Below, in pieces: positions 35,844-44,887 of a DNA stretch of 64,000 nt. The position numbers were made by a program, and so were the translations under genes. The DNA is from Escherichia phage C6: sequence record MW679410.1. One strand, 5' to 3'. The first letter of the stretch is position 1. Each line of letters opens with the position of its first letter. The notes under the pieces were generated by a model. It did no database searches. It saw nothing but the letters and a program-made list of their open reading frames with translations, and was not told where the DNA came from.

Positions 35844-36437
35844 TTACTTAAGTGAATTAATGTAGTCGTCGATATCAGCAGAAGTCGTATCCATTCCAAC
35901 TTGTGGGCCTTTAAATGTTTCTACACGCAGCAGGGTATCTTCAATATCAATCTTAGTCAATGCAGCGATTTCAACAACATCATCGGCAGTAGCAATACCA
36001 AGGGCAGCCATATTACGAGTTTCACGGATGTACTCGAGCTTAACGGCTAGTTCCTGACGAGAGTCATCAAGTTCCTTGACCTTCAGTTTAATTTCATTAC
36101 GCATTTCGATATAATCATCGGCTTTCTTACGAAGCTGAGTAGCTGTACGACGATAAAGGAGACCGAGTTTAGCATGTACCTGGACATCAGCGCCTTCGGC
36201 AATCAGTTTACGAATTTCACGTTCTTTAGAAGCAGCGAGCTGGTCTTTTTCATTAGCCAACGCACGAATACGTTTTTCTTCATTCACAGACTTAACATGA
36301 GCAGTCTGGAGTTCAGTGATTTTATCAATCAGGGTAGAAGCAGCTTTAGTATACTGGTCTTCGATTGACAGGTTCTGAGTCATTGCGGTGCCCAGTTTAG
36401 AACGAATGAATTCAACGAGTTTCTTTAAAGTGTTCAT
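35844..36437 (-). CDS. Coiled-coil protein (PspA-like character, tentative)
   Basis: 197 aa; heptad-rich helical sequence; SD AAGGAAA. Confidence 0.5.
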   Translation of the reverse strand: MNTLKKLVEFIRSKLGTAMTQNLSIEDQYTKAASTLIDKITELQTAHVKSVNEEKRIRALANEKDQLAASKEREIRKLIAEGADVQVHAKLGLLYRRTATQLRKKADDYIEMRNEIKLKVKELDDSRQELAVKLEYIRETRNMAALGIATADDVVEIAALTKIDIEDTLLRVETFKGPQVGMDTTSADIDDYINSLK

Positions 36438-36479
36438 AGTATTTCCTTCAGTTGATTAAGATTTATAATCCATGAGGAC

Positions 36480-36509
36480 ATTATACCCTGTCCTCTGAGG
36501 GTTGTAAAC
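36480..36509 (-). promoter_or_regulatory. T4 early-type promoter
   Basis: Minus strand GTTTAC, 18-nt spacer, TATAAT; GAGGACA...TGTCCTC dyad around the -10. Confidence 0.55.
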
Positions 36510-36512
36510 ATT

Positions 36513-36785
36513 TTATTTCATTTTTGCTAGGCAGATTTCATTGGCTTCCCATTGAGCTTGCTTAATAATAGCTTTGGATACAGGAGCCCTTTGGCCATAA
36601 GTTTTTGACGTTGAGAGAACAATACATTTGTTTGCTTCATTATGCCAGCCCCATGATTTTTCGCCATGGGTACCTTTAACTACAGCTGACACCTCAACAG
36701 AGCAACCACCATCAGAAATCTTGGTTTCGACAATCCATTCATTTCTCTCGGCTGCTTCAAGTTCTAATCTAGTTTTTTTCTTCAT
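36513..36785 (-). CDS. Hypothetical protein
   Basis: 90 aa. Confidence 0.5.
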   Translation of the reverse strand: MKKKTRLELEAAERNEWIVETKISDGGCSVEVSAVVKGTHGEKSWGWHNEANKCIVLSTSKTYGQRAPVSKAIIKQAQWEANEICLAKMK

Positions 36786-36969
36786 ACATGGCAGCCCAAT
36801 CAGTTTTTGCCAAGTTGAAAGTAAGAGCTTTCTCTAATTCTTTGGCAGCTTTTTGTTGTTCAGGTGTTAATGAATTATACAACTCTTGCATTTCTTTATC
36901 TTCGATATTCATTATGTTCTCCTCAAATTACGGGCTCATAATATCTTAATCATGAGCCCATGTAAACTT

Positions 36970-37233
36970 TTATTTCATATTATTGAAATAATCTTCCGCA
37001 TCAAAATCGTTATCATGATAAACTTTGGTAGACGATTTGGCGTAACCTTCAGCTGAGAACATATTAATCACAACTTTAATTGTATACCACTGTCCATCTT
37101 CATTACCCATTACTGCATAGGTTTCATACACTGGGTGTTCAGGACCGATAACCTTAATATCGTTAACTGTGGCACCAAATTCTTCCGGAACGCATTTCAT
37201 AAAGAAATTAAACAATTCACCATAATTATCCAT
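36970..37233 (-). CDS. Hypothetical protein (start trimmed to MDNYGELF)
   Basis: Track start is GTG; internal ATG with SD AAGGAGA. Confidence 0.5.
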   Translation of the reverse strand: MDNYGELFNFFMKCVPEEFGATVNDIKVIGPEHPVYETYAVMGNEDGQWYTIKVVINMFSAEGYAKSSTKVYHDNDFDAEDYFNNMK

Positions 37234-37268
37234 TTTACTCTCCTTCACTCTGTTGTTTTGATAGGTCT

Positions 37269-37297
37269 ATAGTATCATGTTTAAAGTAGGTGTAAAC
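37269..37297 (-). promoter_or_regulatory. T4 early-type promoter
   Basis: Minus strand GTTTAC, 17-nt spacer, TGATACTAT. Confidence 0.6.
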
Positions 37298-37356
37298 AAC
37301 TTTGTGAAATTATTTTTAGTCTAAACCCCCAAAAAGGAGACCGAAGTCTCCTTTCA

Positions 37357-37974
37357 TTATTTACGGGTCTTTTCGAACTGAGCGGCGTCACCAGCAAGGC
37401 GGCGTGCTTGACGAAGTTTGTTGTCGATTTCTTCGTGCATAGGCTGGGTATACTTAAGGCCTTCAACCGTCAGATAGAGACGATAAAGGTCTGGGGTATC
37501 CAGGTTGTTAATGTGCTGTCCGTTACGAAGAGCATTGAACTCTCGAACGAGTTGTTTAGTTTCAGATTCGATTTCCGAAACCAAAGAAGCCAGTTGATTA
37601 TATTTTTTAACTATAGTGCTGGTGTCAAACTTGATTTTAGGTTTAGGAGCTTCTTTTACCGGTTCGGCTTTAGGCGTTGGTTTCGGCGCTGCAACTTTGG
37701 TCTGGGCCACAGGTTTAGCAACAGGAGCTTTAGCTGGTTTAGCAGGCTTAGTAGCGCCGCCAGCTACGATATCTTTAAAAGCTTTGGAAGCTTTGTAATA
37801 TTCTTTCTGGTTACTAGTATCAAAACCATACATATCATAAACGTTTTTAAAGAACTCAGTACTAGTTTTAGCCCCAGAAATTTTATCATAAGCGGCTTGC
37901 CACATATCTTTAGTCATGCGCACGCCGGCTTCAGTCAGAATGTTTTCGTTCAAAAATTCATTGTAAGTTTTCAT
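37357..37974 (-). CDS. CTS-bearing internal-protein-like protein with Pro/Ala/Lys-rich linker
   Basis: 205 aa; N-terminus MKTYNEFLNEN; low-complexity KPAKPAKAPVAKPVAQTKVAAPKPTPKAEPVKEAPKPK segment. Confidence 0.6.
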   Translation of the reverse strand: MKTYNEFLNENILTEAGVRMTKDMWQAAYDKISGAKTSTEFFKNVYDMYGFDTSNQKEYYKASKAFKDIVAGGATKPAKPAKAPVAKPVAQTKVAAPKPTPKAEPVKEAPKPKIKFDTSTIVKKYNQLASLVSEIESETKQLVREFNALRNGQHINNLDTPDLYRLYLTVEGLKYTQPMHEEIDNKLRQARRLAGDAAQFEKTRK

Positions 37975-38007
37975 TATTGTTTCCTGTGTTAATTAACTTA
38001 TCTATTT

Positions 38008-38040
38008 ATACAAAAAAGGCCCAACCTTTCGGAAGGGCCT
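38008..38040 (-). terminator. Rho-independent terminator ending the tRNA transcript
   Basis: Minus strand AAAGGCCC-loop-GGGCCTTTTTTG. Confidence 0.55.
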
Positions 38041-38217
38041 TTAACCTAGGGTAACCTTGTCGGGGTTCCACCTGCTAGGCAAGTGTTCAAAAATAAGGTG
38101 CGCCGTTTCAGCTGTGAGATAAGGGACTTTAAGAGGAACTCATGTACGCCTTAAAGTCGGGTCTTATTCAGGGAACTTCAGTCCGACGACTTACCGGTAG
38201 CGACCCGGTTTCTTGTT
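38041..38217 (-). ncRNA. Candidate structured small RNA downstream of tRNA-Arg
   Basis: About 175 nt without a protein ORF; several stem-loops (e.g. GACTTTAAG...CTTAAAGTC); no tRNA cloverleaf found. Confidence 0.25.
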
Positions 38218-38293
38218 TGGCCGAGACAGTAGGGATCGAACCTACGACCCAGGACTTAGAAGGTCCTTGCTCTTCCTTCTGAGCTATGCCTCG
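38218..38293 (-). tRNA. tRNA-Arg (anticodon UCU)
   Basis: Manual cloverleaf: 7-bp acceptor, GGTTCGATCC T-arm, anticodon loop CTTCTAA, encoded CCA. Confidence 0.75.
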
Positions 38294-38297
38294 TATT

Positions 38298-38372
38298 TGG
38301 CGGACATGCATGGATTCGAACCATGGACCAATTGATTAACAGTCAACTGCTCTGCCACTGAGCTACACATCC
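38298..38372 (-). tRNA. tRNA-Asn (anticodon GUU), putative
   Basis: Manual cloverleaf: T-loop TTCGAAT, anticodon loop CTGTTAA, encoded CCA; acceptor has two G-U pairs. Confidence 0.55.
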
Positions 38373-38376
38373 AAAT

Positions 38377-38450
38377 TGGTGGCCCTGGGTGGAATCGAAC
38401 CACCATCCAGCGATTATGAGTCGCTCGCTTGACCGTCCAGCTACAGGGCC
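38377..38450 (-). tRNA. tRNA-Ile/Met (anticodon CAU)
   Basis: Manual cloverleaf: perfect 7-bp acceptor, T-loop TTCGATT, anticodon loop CTCATAA, encoded CCA; T4 tRNA-Ile also uses CAU. Confidence 0.75.
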
Positions 38451-38455
38451 TTAAT

Positions 38456-38728
38456 TTAAATTACAAATCCAGCAGGAGCATTATCATCTTTAGCCATGTG
38501 CTGAATTGTATGATAAGTCATTTCTTCAGGAGCAACCAGATAAGCCGCAGCGTTAACTAGTGGAATTATTTTTGGTTTAGCGAATGTGCTATCGGCAATT
38601 GTCATAAAGGGCTCGCCGTCGGTCTCAACTTCGCCAAATTGACATTCATATGAAATAGAACAACGTTTGGTAGTTGTTGTCTTGGTTTCCGGGTCATAAA
38701 AAGCTAATTTTAATACTAACATAAACAC
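38456..38728 (-). CDS. Hypothetical protein
   Basis: 90 aa. Confidence 0.45.
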   Translation of the reverse strand: MFMLVLKLAFYDPETKTTTTKRCSISYECQFGEVETDGEPFMTIADSTFAKPKIIPLVNAAAYLVAPEEMTYHTIQHMAKDDNAPAGFVI

Positions 38729-38852
38729 CTCAAATAAAAATTAAGTAAAGTAAGTTTGATTAATAGACCTTGTCTATTATGAAAGGTTCTTTGAGGGAAG
38801 AACCTTTGGTAATAGAGGGTATTAATGATAGAGTAATAATATCACATAATTC

Positions 38853-39338
38853 TTAAAGCATATCAAGTGCTTTAACACTAGGTATTTGGATTTCTTCTTC
38901 AACGATGTACAGCTTAACATAAGAAATTACGCGCATGAAATCGCCGTCATATTCACAAGCCATACCAAGGAGCTCAGTAAGGGCTTCATTCAAGTAGTAT
39001 GCTTCTTCATCGTCATTCAACAAGGCTTCTAAGTCTTGAATACCTAGGACCTTATCCAAAAATTCAGGAGTCAACTGACCGGATTTTACACCAGATTCAA
39101 TGTGAGCAATAACCAAATGCTTAACTACGTCCCAGTCTTCGTTACCACATTTATTGTGGTTGTTGCAATGCGAACCATGGAAAAGTTCTAAGATGTATTT
39201 GTACTGTTGGATTTCCTGTTCTTCTACACCAAATACAGTCTGGGTTTTATAGTTATCACCATCATTTTCCCAAGTTTCGATTTCAAGAACATAACCTTTA
39301 GGAATAACTTGTCCAAATTTAATATTCATTGTGGCCAC
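38853..39338 (-). CDS. Hypothetical acidic protein
   Basis: 161 aa ATG ORF. Confidence 0.55.
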   Translation of the reverse strand: MATMNIKFGQVIPKGYVLEIETWENDGDNYKTQTVFGVEEQEIQQYKYILELFHGSHCNNHNKCGNEDWDVVKHLVIAHIESGVKSGQLTPEFLDKVLGIQDLEALLNDDEEAYYLNEALTELLGMACEYDGDFMRVISYVKLYIVEEEIQIPSVKALDML

Positions 39339-39616
39339 ATATTAATGTAATCAAGTTTAATAGAAGCAATCTTCAAAGGATTTTTAAATATGTCATATTC
39401 GACCAATCCGTTTTCAGTTGCGGTATAAAAAGTAAAGTTAACAGAATTATAACGATGGCTGTTAACTTTGAGTTTAACATCACTTGAACTACGGCCAATA
39501 TTAACCTGTTGAACATCAAGCACAGCATCTTTGCCGTAATTTCGAATCAACAACTCGGCTGCAACCTGATCGGATTTATAGCCATTCTCTGGATTAGTAA
39601 CCTTAACGTATAGCAT
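39326..39616 (-). CDS. Hypothetical protein
   Basis: 96 aa. Confidence 0.5.
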   Translation of the reverse strand: MLYVKVTNPENGYKSDQVAAELLIRNYGKDAVLDVQQVNIGRSSSDVKLKVNSHRYNSVNFTFYTATENGLVEYDIFKNPLKIASIKLDYINMWPQ

Positions 39617-39997
39617 TTAACCCTCGTCTACAATTGTGTGGGTATTGGCATTAACAATTTGCCACCAGTCAAAACGATTAGACCCATATTGAGGCTTATT
39701 CTCGTTTTCTTTAATGATATCACGTAGTTCATCTTCAGTAGCAGCTTTTGCGATTAAGTCGGCATAGCCGCCACGAGGATAATAGTTATCACCTGCGAAA
39801 AGTAAAAAGTTTGTTTTGATATTATTGAACTCTTCAAGAGTAATAACCGTTCCGTTTGGTTGAACAATATCTATATAACTATATCCTAATTTCTGAGCTT
39901 CGGAAACCGCTTCAAGCAGGGTATCATGGGCCCATCCAATTTGACAATCGGGTTTTTCGGATGGATTAGCTTGGTAGTCCGCATACACTTTATACAT
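39617..39997 (-). CDS. Hypothetical protein (start trimmed to MYKVYADY)
   Basis: Track ORF 39617..40045; internal Met avoids overlap with upstream gene. Confidence 0.45.
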   Translation of the reverse strand: MYKVYADYQANPSEKPDCQIGWAHDTLLEAVSEAQKLGYSYIDIVQPNGTVITLEEFNNIKTNFLLFAGDNYYPRGGYADLIAKAATEDELRDIIKENENKPQYGSNRFDWWQIVNANTHTIVDEG

Positions 39998-39998
39998 T

Positions 39999-40184
39999 TT
40001 ACTCACCTTTAGAGATTTTATCCATAACAAAAGAGATTGAACCAATTAAAAATGCCACTACTAAAGAGATTATATTCTCGGAAGTTGAAAGCATATCGAG
40101 CATGAATCCTGCAAACATACTAAAGCCAAAAGCAGTAACGGCGGCCAGTGCAGTAACATTTCTAATTAATTCACAACGTTTCAT
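39999..40184 (-). CDS. Small membrane protein (start trimmed to MKRCE)
   Basis: SD GGAGAA; two hydrophobic helices. Confidence 0.45.
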   Translation of the reverse strand: MKRCELIRNVTALAAVTAFGFSMFAGFMLDMLSTSENIISLVVAFLIGSISFVMDKISKGE

Positions 40185-40220
40185 TTTATTCTCCAATCAC
40201 TCATTTGTTTTGATAGGGCT

Positions 40221-40250
40221 ATAGTACCATCACTAGAGCCCGTTGTAAAC
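40221..40250 (-). promoter_or_regulatory. T4 early-type promoter with covarying dyad
   Basis: Minus strand GTTTAC, 18-nt spacer, TACTAT; dyad GGGCTCTAGT/ACTATAGCCC in the same position as the AGGTCTATAG dyads. Confidence 0.5.
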
Positions 40251-40252
40251 AA

Positions 40253-40525
40253 TTATTTTAAATAAATTGCATACTTTTTATAACCAGCCGTTTCGTGACG
40301 CAGCCCTTTTTCATTAGCAAAACGTTCAATATTGTTAATTTGATTCCGGTCAAGCTCTGAAGTATCAAAAACAAAAAAATTTCGCTTATTGCCTAAAGTT
40401 ACGTGATTAGTCAAATCAATGTTATAGAGATGATTTATATCATCAATCATAGTCTTAACAGATTTGTTAATTTTTACTTCCTCATTAAGAATAGATTCAG
40501 AGATAAATTCTTGATAAGTTTTCAT
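40253..40525 (-). CDS. CTS-bearing internal-protein-like protein (ipI-locus position)
   Basis: 90 aa; N-terminus MKTYQEFISES. Confidence 0.6.
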   Translation of the reverse strand: MKTYQEFISESILNEEVKINKSVKTMIDDINHLYNIDLTNHVTLGNKRNFFVFDTSELDRNQINNIERFANEKGLRHETAGYKKYAIYLK

Positions 40526-40526
40526 T

Positions 40527-40752
40527 TTATTCTACGCCAGCGGCTTTCAAAAGTTTTTTAAGATTGGCCGTGCCTTGAGCAGAAAATGTGACCTTGCCGT
40601 CTTTTTCGCCGATACTCCCGGTCAATTTAGCAAGTTTATCACTAGGGATTTTTTTAAAATCAGCCAATGTACCGTCAAAGGTTTTTGTAACAACTGGCAG
40701 TTGGTCTTCGTGTTTTTTTAGCTTCGGTAATAAATTCTTGATAAGTTTTCAT
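40527..40752 (-). pseudogene. Frameshifted CTS-bearing gene (A7/T7 homopolymer)
   Basis: ATG-MKTYQEFITEAKK then stop after 25 codons; removing one base of the 7-nt homopolymer near 40713-40719 restores a 74-aa ORF ending at 40527; no intact ORF in the track. Confidence 0.5.
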
Positions 40753-40789
40753 TTTGATTTCCGTTTGGTTAGTTTGTTTTGATAGGTCT

Positions 40790-40818
40790 ATAGTATCATG
40801 CCTATAGACCTTGTAAAC
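40790..40818 (-). promoter_or_regulatory. T4 early-type promoter with 10-bp dyad
   Basis: Identical 45-bp block to the one at 31777-31820. Confidence 0.6.
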
Positions 40819-40825
40819 AACTTTT

Positions 40826-41503
<678 letters not shown>

Positions 41504-41511
<8 letters not shown>

Positions 41512-42265
41512 TTTTATTTCCTAATAATTTATCAATAGTAGTGTATAGTTCAGAAAGAGTGCCGTTATTTTCAACAACAACGTCACCAGGTAAAATTGGT
41601 AGACCCGCTTCAGTGATGTGCGAGTCTTGTACTTGACCGGTTTCAGAGCGAACCACATGAATAATCGTAGCACCCATCGCTCTGAGCGAATCAATTTCGT
41701 GTGTTTGACGAACATCAGGTACGACATAGTATTTCGCATCAGAGTATATTTTATCAAAATAGTCTAAAGCGAACAACTTAACCCAATACATCTTATCAAA
41801 TTGGTTAACAATAATATCAGTCCCAAGGGTCTGCATGAGACGACGTACTGACCAATTGTTATTTTTATTTATTACTTCAAACAGTTGGTCTTTTGTTTCT
41901 TCAGACAGATACTGGACTGGGGTAAGACCATAATGATATGCGGTACGAACATCCATTCCTGGAATAGGAAGGATATTATTCAGTTTGACAATAGCATTTT
42001 CAAAGATATCAATCACATCATATGGTTTTAAAGGAAGGATTTCTTCACGGTCGTAACCTATACCTTCAAAACAGTTAAAATCGAGTTTAGGCATATAACT
42101 ACGGTCGAATACAGGGTCATCAGAGATGTATTCATAAGCTTCAGCCAGATACTTTTTAATAGGACCTGCGAGCTGAAATTTTACCGAATCCATATTTTCG
42201 ATTACATAGTTAGCAACGGTATCCTTACCGCTACGTTTGATTCCTACAATTGATATTAGTTTCAT
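41504..42265 (-). CDS. 1: Deoxynucleoside monophosphate kinase, gene 1
   Basis: 253 aa; P-loop GIKRSGKDT; blocks matching recalled T4 gp1 (WSVRRLMQ.LGTD.IVN.FD.MYWVKLFALDY, ATIIHVVR). Confidence 0.9.
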
Positions 42266-42855
42266 TATTTTCTCATAGATGGATGCATAGACATACGAGC
42301 CACTCGTTGTTCGGCATACGAATCAATTTGTGGACGACCTGTAACTATTGTACCATCTATTTCTACAGCAAACGATTTGAAGTTGAATGTTGCTGTGGCA
42401 ATTATCGCTGGGTCAGAATCCTCTTTATAAGAGTACTGGATTTCCGAGAGGTCGGATGGCCAACCACCGTAGTAATGAATGCTCATTACTATTTTCTGTT
42501 TGTTGTTATCAAGGATGTGGAGGGTGATAGCTTCTGGTTGACCTTTAGGATGCCAGGCTTCTGAATCATGGGTTACGTAGTTGTTTAATGACAACATCCA
42601 CTTATAAACGTCAAGCCATGATTTCAATTCACGGTCTACAAGAAAGTTCACAATCAATGGGTCGAATTCTACAGTAGAACCTGGAAGCTTAGCACGATGT
42701 ATACCCTGGGTCGATCCTGGGACGTCTGAGATCGGAATATGGATACCAGGTAGTGTTACATCTTGCACGTTCAATTTGAATGCCTGCGTCATTCCTGCAT
42801 CACTAACCTCTAAGATAAAGTTGGTGGTGTTAGTTTGGTTAAATAAACCGTTCAT
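42265..42855 (-). CDS. 3: Tail completion / sheath stabiliser gp3
   Basis: Position between gene 1 and gene 2; size near T4 gp3; start may be the internal Met. Confidence 0.7.
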   Translation of the reverse strand: MNGLFNQTNTTNFILEVSDAGMTQAFKLNVQDVTLPGIHIPISDVPGSTQGIHRAKLPGSTVEFDPLIVNFLVDRELKSWLDVYKWMLSLNNYVTHDSEAWHPKGQPEAITLHILDNNKQKIVMSIHYYGGWPSDLSEIQYSYKEDSDPAIIATATFNFKSFAVEIDGTIVTGRPQIDSYAEQRVARMSMHPSMRK

Positions 42856-43603
42856 AGGATTCCTATATTGCTTAAGTCCCAGACAGTGTATAATGGTCCT
42901 AGGTCTGTTCCATTCAATAACTGGCTGGGATAATAGATTATTTTATAAATTCACGTAGTCTTACTGGTGTCATAAAAGGCCATTTGGCTATAGTTGGTTT
43001 TATCCAGTATCTTTCGTGACATGTAGCTTTAAATGCCCGAACCATATCTTTGGCCTCTTCTATAGTATCCACACCAAATTGTTCACAAGTTTCCTTTCTG
43101 GCTTTATCCCATCTCCTTTTAGAAAGCTCTGATTGGAGTTCTTTATTGGCAAAATGGCCATTATTCCTATTATGAGTGGTTCCTTTTGTAGGACTCCATC
43201 CTCGTCCCTTTACAAATCCTTCAGGAATCGGTTCACCCGGAAACAGCTTAATACACTTCTTGCCATTATTATAATAAACCTTTCCTGTTTGGGTTGCCGT
43301 GATATTCTCAGAGTGCTTACGTTTAAGCCAGCCGTAAAGCTTATTATAACGACGAGGGCCTTGAGTCATTGTCATAGCTGCAAAAGTTAGACCAGGATGT
43401 CCTGGATGCATTTTAACTAATAGTTGATGTGCTAAATAATGTTCTTCAGGAGTTAAATCAACTAAGTTTGTAGATTCATCACCTCCACCCATACATCTAG
43501 GTAAAATATGATGAGATTCGGTATAACAGGATAGTGCTCGTCCTTGAGCACGTGTAATTAATGAAGAATATATTTTCTGGTAATTCATTATGCATTCTTC
43601 CAA
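42856..43603 (-). mobile_element. Free-standing HNH homing-endonuclease insertion between genes 3 and 2
   Basis: Genes 3 and 2 are adjacent in T4 as I recall; here an HNH ORF lies between them. Confidence 0.55.
42938..43588 (-). CDS. HNH homing endonuclease
   Basis: Start trimmed to MNYQKIY (ATG overlaps gene 2 stop); HNH motif HHILPRCMGGGDESTNLVDLTPEEHYLAH. Confidence 0.75.
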   Translation of the reverse strand: MNYQKIYSSLITRAQGRALSCYTESHHILPRCMGGGDESTNLVDLTPEEHYLAHQLLVKMHPGHPGLTFAAMTMTQGPRRYNKLYGWLKRKHSENITATQTGKVYYNNGKKCIKLFPGEPIPEGFVKGRGWSPTKGTTHNRNNGHFANKELQSELSKRRWDKARKETCEQFGVDTIEEAKDMVRAFKATCHERYWIKPTIAKWPFMTPVRLREFIK

Positions 43604-44415
43604 ACTTTCTGAGCTGAGTAACGCTTGCCTTTCGATACAAATTGCTGAAGTGGTAATCCTATTACATTAGCCCAATCAGCAGGTTTTATCTCTACTAAAG
43701 GTCCTTTAATATTTCCAGGGATATAAGCCTTAATCATCACGTCGGCTCCAGCGAATCCTTTTACCTTACTCCAATCGATTTTTAATTTAGTCGAGTTCGT
43801 AATGGTAGGCGTACTCGCGTATTGCTTCAGCAATTCTTCCAGAAATTGTTGGCGTGCTTTAGGCGGGATATAGTGTAAGTTCAGCCCGTACATTAAATTA
43901 TGCTTACCTAACCCAAGATAAATGATTAAAGGATATTTGTCCCAGTATGGTAGGGTATCCTTATGTTTGGCATCATAGATATAAGCATAAAGCTTACCGG
44001 GAGATGGTTTAGATACCTGGTGTCCACGAATTCCTTTCTTTAATGTTTCTGTAAACCATTTAGCTGATTTATTGTTTACAGCGGCGCCTTCGTTAGCAAT
44101 CTTATCACGAATACTCTTTCTAAAACTATTCACCAAAATTAATTGGCGTTCGGCTTTGGTTAATTTATTGCCAGGTTTATTCTGAAGTTTTTCAACCTGT
44201 ACAGCAGTTTTAATTCGACTCGAATATCGAGACATCGCAGATGTAAAGCTAGAATATTTAATGCCTTTATCTTCAGCGAATTTCTTAGCCGAGACACCTT
44301 TAGCCTTAGCTTTAGCGTATTCAACACCTAAAGCTATCCATTGTTGTTCTGAACGGGTAGGCTTGGAACCCTTTGTGGTTTCAGTAGCCTCATTGATGTA
44401 GGAAAATATACTCAT
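43588..44415 (-). CDS. 2: DNA end protector gp2
   Basis: Start trimmed to MSIFSYI (275 aa); position between 3 and 4. Confidence 0.8.
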   Translation of the reverse strand: MSIFSYINEATETTKGSKPTRSEQQWIALGVEYAKAKAKGVSAKKFAEDKGIKYSSFTSAMSRYSSRIKTAVQVEKLQNKPGNKLTKAERQLILVNSFRKSIRDKIANEGAAVNNKSAKWFTETLKKGIRGHQVSKPSPGKLYAYIYDAKHKDTLPYWDKYPLIIYLGLGKHNLMYGLNLHYIPPKARQQFLEELLKQYASTPTITNSTKLKIDWSKVKGFAGADVMIKAYIPGNIKGPLVEIKPADWANVIGLPLQQFVSKGKRYSAQKVWKNA

Positions 44416-44861
44416 CCTTTCCATCCTAATTTTTTCAGTGAATGTTCGGTAATCAATCTAAAGGTGATACCCATTTTATCTGCTGTAGCTTTAGCTGCTT
44501 TCCACTTATCAGTATTAACAGACCAAGTATAATGTTCGTTGATATATCTCTTTTTAGCAGCTGTAGTCATTTTAACAGGCACCGCAGGAGCATGGGTTTC
44601 TTTAAAAGGTTTGACTTCAAAAAAGAATTGTTGGCCTGTATCAAATTTAACCCAGAAGTCCATAAAATATCGTCTTTTCTTTCCTTCGGCATTGCAAAAG
44701 TATGGGATAACCACCTCTTCTGAATTCCACTGGACTACATTAGGATGGTTGTCAAGCCAACGCATAAACCATGCTTCCCAAGAGGAACGATATTGGATTT
44801 TCTTCCAATCACCTTTATATTTTTGTAAGTTTGTAGGTTTAAATTTCCCTGAGTAAGCCAT
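44412..44861 (-). CDS. 4: Head completion protein gp4
   Basis: 149 aa (T4 gp4 about 150 aa); divergent to gene 53. Confidence 0.8.
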   Translation of the reverse strand: MAYSGKFKPTNLQKYKGDWKKIQYRSSWEAWFMRWLDNHPNVVQWNSEEVVIPYFCNAEGKKRRYFMDFWVKFDTGQQFFFEVKPFKETHAPAVPVKMTTAAKKRYINEHYTWSVNTDKWKAAKATADKMGITFRLITEHSLKKLGWKG

Positions 44862-44872
44862 AGTTGCCTCCT

Positions 44873-44880
44873 TATAAATA
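44873..44880 (+). promoter_or_regulatory. T4 late promoter TATAAATA for gene 53
   Basis: Exact TATAAATA 28 nt upstream of ATG 44908. Confidence 0.7.
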
Positions 44881-44887
44881 TTAATAT

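Noticed and set aside
37408-37992. Plus-strand ORFs overlapping minus-strand genes in the early region (e.g. 37408..37992, 7924..8316, 28147..28506, 28609..29085, 32704..33204)
   Set aside because: They lie antisense to well-supported genes (CTS proteins, ipIII, lysozyme), have no SD or promoter context and have low-complexity composition; shadow ORFs.
38041-38217. A fourth tRNA downstream of tRNA-Arg
   Set aside because: No T-loop (GTTCGANTC) or consistent acceptor stem could be folded; retained only as a candidate structured RNA.
7500-40820. Recurrent about 23-bp repeat GTTGATAGGTCTATAGTATCATG as a possible CRISPR array or transposon end
   Set aside because: Copies are kilobases apart, always 5' of a minus-strand gene start, and read as -35 GTTTAC / extended -10 TGATACTAT on the transcribed strand: they are early promoters, not CRISPR repeats or inverted terminal repeats.
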